A stretch of DNA of 17,049 bases, from NCBI GenBank assembly GCA_029856525.1, contig JAHQXC010000024.1:1-17049 (forward strand), given 5' to 3'. This document shows, in pieces, positions 15,028 to 17,049 of the stretch; positions within the stretch are counted from its first letter, which is position 1; every line of letters starts with the position of its first letter. Position numbers and translations under genes: made by a program. The DNA is from Candidatus Odinarchaeia archaeon (lineage in GTDB: Archaea > Asgardarchaeota > Odinarchaeia > Odinarchaeales > Odinarchaeaceae). The notes below the pieces were generated by a model. It ran no database searches. It was not told where the DNA came from and saw nothing but the letters and a program-made list of their open reading frames with translations.

Positions 15028-16350
15028 CTACGGAATTAATTTGTATCTCATGCTAATTAACTTTTCCAAACTAGAAGAATCAGATGGAATAAACTCGTAT
15101 TTTACGTTAACGATAGGGTAATCCCTGTTTAATATTAATTTCAGATCCGCAGGGGTAGCTGATACAATCACATCGAAATCTGAGTTTTCAATAGTTTCAA
15201 CGAAATCTTTTATCTGCTGTTCATTATATCCTATAGCTGGGAGAACACGCCCAATATGCGGGTATATTCTGTAAATCTCTCTAAGAAGTCCTTTAGCGAA
15301 TGGTCTCGGATCGATTACAACACCCTCCCGCTCCATGGAATAAGCGTAAGCTGCTCCGAAGCTTAGCCCACCGTGAGTTATTGAAGGACCGTCTTCAATA
15401 GCTAAAACTTTTTTACCTTTCAATGAGAGTTCAGGCTCCCCTTTCTTCGCTAACACACCTTCAACTATTTCAGCTTTAGGATTCAAAACAGCAGCGTGAT
15501 CATATATTCTTTTAATATTCTCTTTAGGTGAAATATCCGTTTTAGTTATCACTATAATATCAGCTCTTCTAAAGTTCACTTCACTAGGGTAATATTCAAC
15601 TATATGATCCGGTCTCAATCCGTCTACCACCACAATATTTAAATCTGTTTCATAAAATGGAAAATCATTATTTCCCCCATCCCATATAATGAAATCCCCT
15701 TCACGCTCAGCATAGTTAAGGACCCTACCGTAATCGACACCGGTATAAACTGTGAAGCCTGCTCTAATATGAGGCTCGATATCCTCACGCTCCTCTACAC
15801 TACACTTATAATCATCTAAATCTTTTAAAGATGCGAATCTTTGAACAATACTACCAGCTAAGTCCCCGTAAGGCATAGGGTGCCTAACAATAATCGGCTT
15901 AAAACCTCGCTCCCTCAGAAGACGCGCAATATAACGTGTTACAGGAGATTTACCTACACCCGTCCTCACACCGCATATTGAAATAGATTTAACCGTTGGT
16001 TTAAGCATAGTTGACCCAGGAGATAATAAAATAAAGTCGCAGCCGAGTGATTGAACTAAAGCAGCTTTAGAAAGCAGATCTCTATAGGATACATCGCTAT
16101 AAGAGAAAAACACAGCCTTAACATTATACTTTATAATTAACTCCTTCAACATACTTTCACTGTAAACAGGGATACCTTTAGGATACCTTCTTCCACTTAA
16201 TTCAGGAGGATAAACCCTATTATCAACACCTGGAATTTGAGCTGCTGTAAAAGCCACTATATTATATAGTGGATTCTCTCTAAAGTAGACATTAAAATTA
16301 TGAAAATCTCTTCCAGCAGCCCCCATTATTATAGCGTTAACGCTCTTCAA
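15028..16350 (-). CDS. COG2403-family P-loop ATP-dependent ligase (usually annotated cyclic 2,3-diphosphoglycerate synthetase/'GTPase'; resembles arginine synthetase ArcE)
   Basis: IMGAAGRDFHNFN, TAAQIP, YPPEL, YSDVS, P-loop VRTGVGKS, VRHPMPYGDL, EERE, WDGGNNDFPF, IEDGPSITHGG, DPRP and LPAIGY. TTG start after GGGGGAAG. Confidence 0.8.
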   Translation of the reverse strand: MKSVNAIIMGAAGRDFHNFNVYFRENPLYNIVAFTAAQIPGVDNRVYPPELSGRRYPKGIPVYSESMLKELIIKYNVKAVFFSYSDVSYRDLLSKAALVQSLGCDFILLSPGSTMLKPTVKSISICGVRTGVGKSPVTRYIARLLRERGFKPIIVRHPMPYGDLAGSIVQRFASLKDLDDYKCSVEEREDIEPHIRAGFTVYTGVDYGRVLNYAEREGDFIIWDGGNNDFPFYETDLNIVVVDGLRPDHIVEYYPSEVNFRRADIIVITKTDISPKENIKRIYDHAAVLNPKAEIVEGVLAKKGEPELSLKGKKVLAIEDGPSITHGGLSFGAAYAYSMEREGVVIDPRPFAKGLLREIYRIYPHIGRVLPAIGYNEQQIKDFVETIENSDFDVIVSATPADLKLILNRDYPIVNVKYEFIPSDSSSLEKLISMRYKLIP

Positions 16351-16374
16351 ACACTTCCCCCTGAAAAAGATTCT

Positions 16375-16860
16375 TTACTCTGTTTGAGCGCGCATCTTAG
16401 TGAAAAGCTGTTTAAGCTCCGTGTTAAGAGCCTGCCTTATATTTATAGGGTTAATAGGTTGAGCGGCTGGGGGAGGCGGTGAAGCTGCGGGAGGAGGAGG
16501 GGTAACCTGTTGAGAAAATGTTGTAGGGGTGTGAACGTATTCCTCGGAAGGAGGAGCCTCCTCTTCAAGAGACTCATCTAAGATAACGGGTTTTCTACTC
16601 GGAGCGGTTGTTGGCTGAACAACCGGTTTAACAATCTGAGGCTTAACCGCGTTTAACCCTATCATATTAATCTTCTGTTCGAGAGCTGAGATACGTTGAT
16701 TAACTGAATTACTTAAATTATTAAGATTCTGCTCAAGCATATCAACAGCGTTAATAACGATTTCAAGGGTTCTAGTTAGTATCATCGCTAATTCCTGAAT
16801 TTGTTTATTAACAGATTGCCCGGATATATGTGAGAGAAGATCAGAGAAGTCGTCACTCAT
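16375..16860 (-). CDS. Hypothetical protein: N-terminal coiled coil, proline-rich linker, C-terminal amphipathic (WH2-like) helix
   Basis: 161 aa with SD AAGGTG. Heptad-patterned residues about 18-68, then PPPPAAS-PPPPAAQ, then IRQALNTELKQLFTKMR. Ends 24 nt before the next gene. Confidence 0.8.
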   Translation of the reverse strand: MSDDFSDLLSHISGQSVNKQIQELAMILTRTLEIVINAVDMLEQNLNNLSNSVNQRISALEQKINMIGLNAVKPQIVKPVVQPTTAPSRKPVILDESLEEEAPPSEEYVHTPTTFSQQVTPPPPAASPPPPAAQPINPINIRQALNTELKQLFTKMRAQTE

Positions 16861-16958
16861 CTTTCATACACCTTTATTCCAGTAAAACCAGCATTATACT
16901 TGGTAATCTAAAACCGCTGGTTTAATAATTTAATTCAACAGTACTAAGAACTCCAAAC

Positions 16959-16970
16959 TTAAATATTTAA
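16959..16970. promoter_or_regulatory. Perfect 12-bp palindromic TATA-like element (candidate promoter of the minus-strand trio)
   Basis: TTAAATATTTAA is its own reverse complement and lies about 100 nt upstream of ATG 16860. Confidence 0.35.
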
Positions 16971-16994
16971 CTGTAACTTATACGAAGACTTTAT

Positions 16995-17049
16995 GTGAAC
17001 TACCCCTTATCGGATGGGGTTTCCTGCTTCAATGATGAAGCTTGCCGGT
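16995..17049 (-). mobile_element. Putative right end of an IS200/IS605-family (IS1341/TnpB-type) element or PATE remnant, continuing beyond the window
   Basis: The minus strand reads TGAAGCAGGAAACCCC-ATCCGATAA-GGGGTAGTTCAC: a subterminal CCCC/GGGG hairpin preceded by GAA and followed by a TTCAC terminus, the layout of IS200/IS605 right ends. One minus frame ends RQASSLKQETPSDKG* (stop 17002-17000), like TnpB tails that read into the right end. No transposase is visible in the window. Confidence 0.6.

Noticed and set aside
16300-16482. Plus-strand 60-aa ORF
   Set aside because: Antisense to two minus-strand genes; no SD or recognisable content.
16905-16925. AAACCGC resembling part of a fluoride (crcB) riboswitch
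   Set aside because: The GATGG...TTC and GCTGATGA elements are missing, and no fluoride exporter gene follows.
17032-17038. ATGATGA as the C box of a C/D sRNA, or as the start of a plus-strand gene (MMKLAG...)
   Set aside because: No D/D' box (CTGA) or SD support in the remaining bases; the minus-strand IS-end reading explains the whole segment better.
1-17049. tRNA, rRNA or CRISPR arrays
   Set aside because: No cloverleaf, rRNA signature or regularly spaced repeat-spacer pattern was seen; the intergenic gaps are short.

Overview
Archaeal, gene-dense window. GGAGG/GGTGA ribosome-binding sites, TATA-like boxes and a Rab-like small GTPase point to an Asgard archaeon, possibly a thermophilic Odinarchaeia-like fermenter; this is inference and cannot be confirmed here. 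Left to right: (1) a 5'-truncated old-yellow-enzyme flavin oxidoreductase; (2) an ArsB arsenite exporter and an 88-aa CxxC hypothetical on the minus strand; (3) a five-gene membrane-bound group 4 [NiFe]-hydrogenase core in complex-I gene order (NuoA-like, B, fused CD, H, I) with intact Ni ligands but no antiporter subunits in the cluster; (4) a CimA-type citramalate synthase; (5) nadX-nadA-nadC; (6) a four-subunit pyruvate/2-oxoacid:ferredoxin oxidoreductase (gamma-delta-alpha-beta); (7) a tightly packed minus-strand trio of a coiled-coil/polyproline/WH2-like-helix protein, a COG2403 ligase (ArcE/cPGS-like) and a Rab-like GTPase ending in Cys; (8) at the right edge, what looks like the right end of an IS200/IS605 (TnpB-type) element. 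The best candidate for something undescribed is the 161-aa protein, whose layout resembles a miniature WAVE/WASH-family actin regulator, encoded two genes upstream of a Rab-like GTPase. The antiporter-less hydrogenase core is next. Family comparisons are from memory of the consensus sequences; no searches were run.
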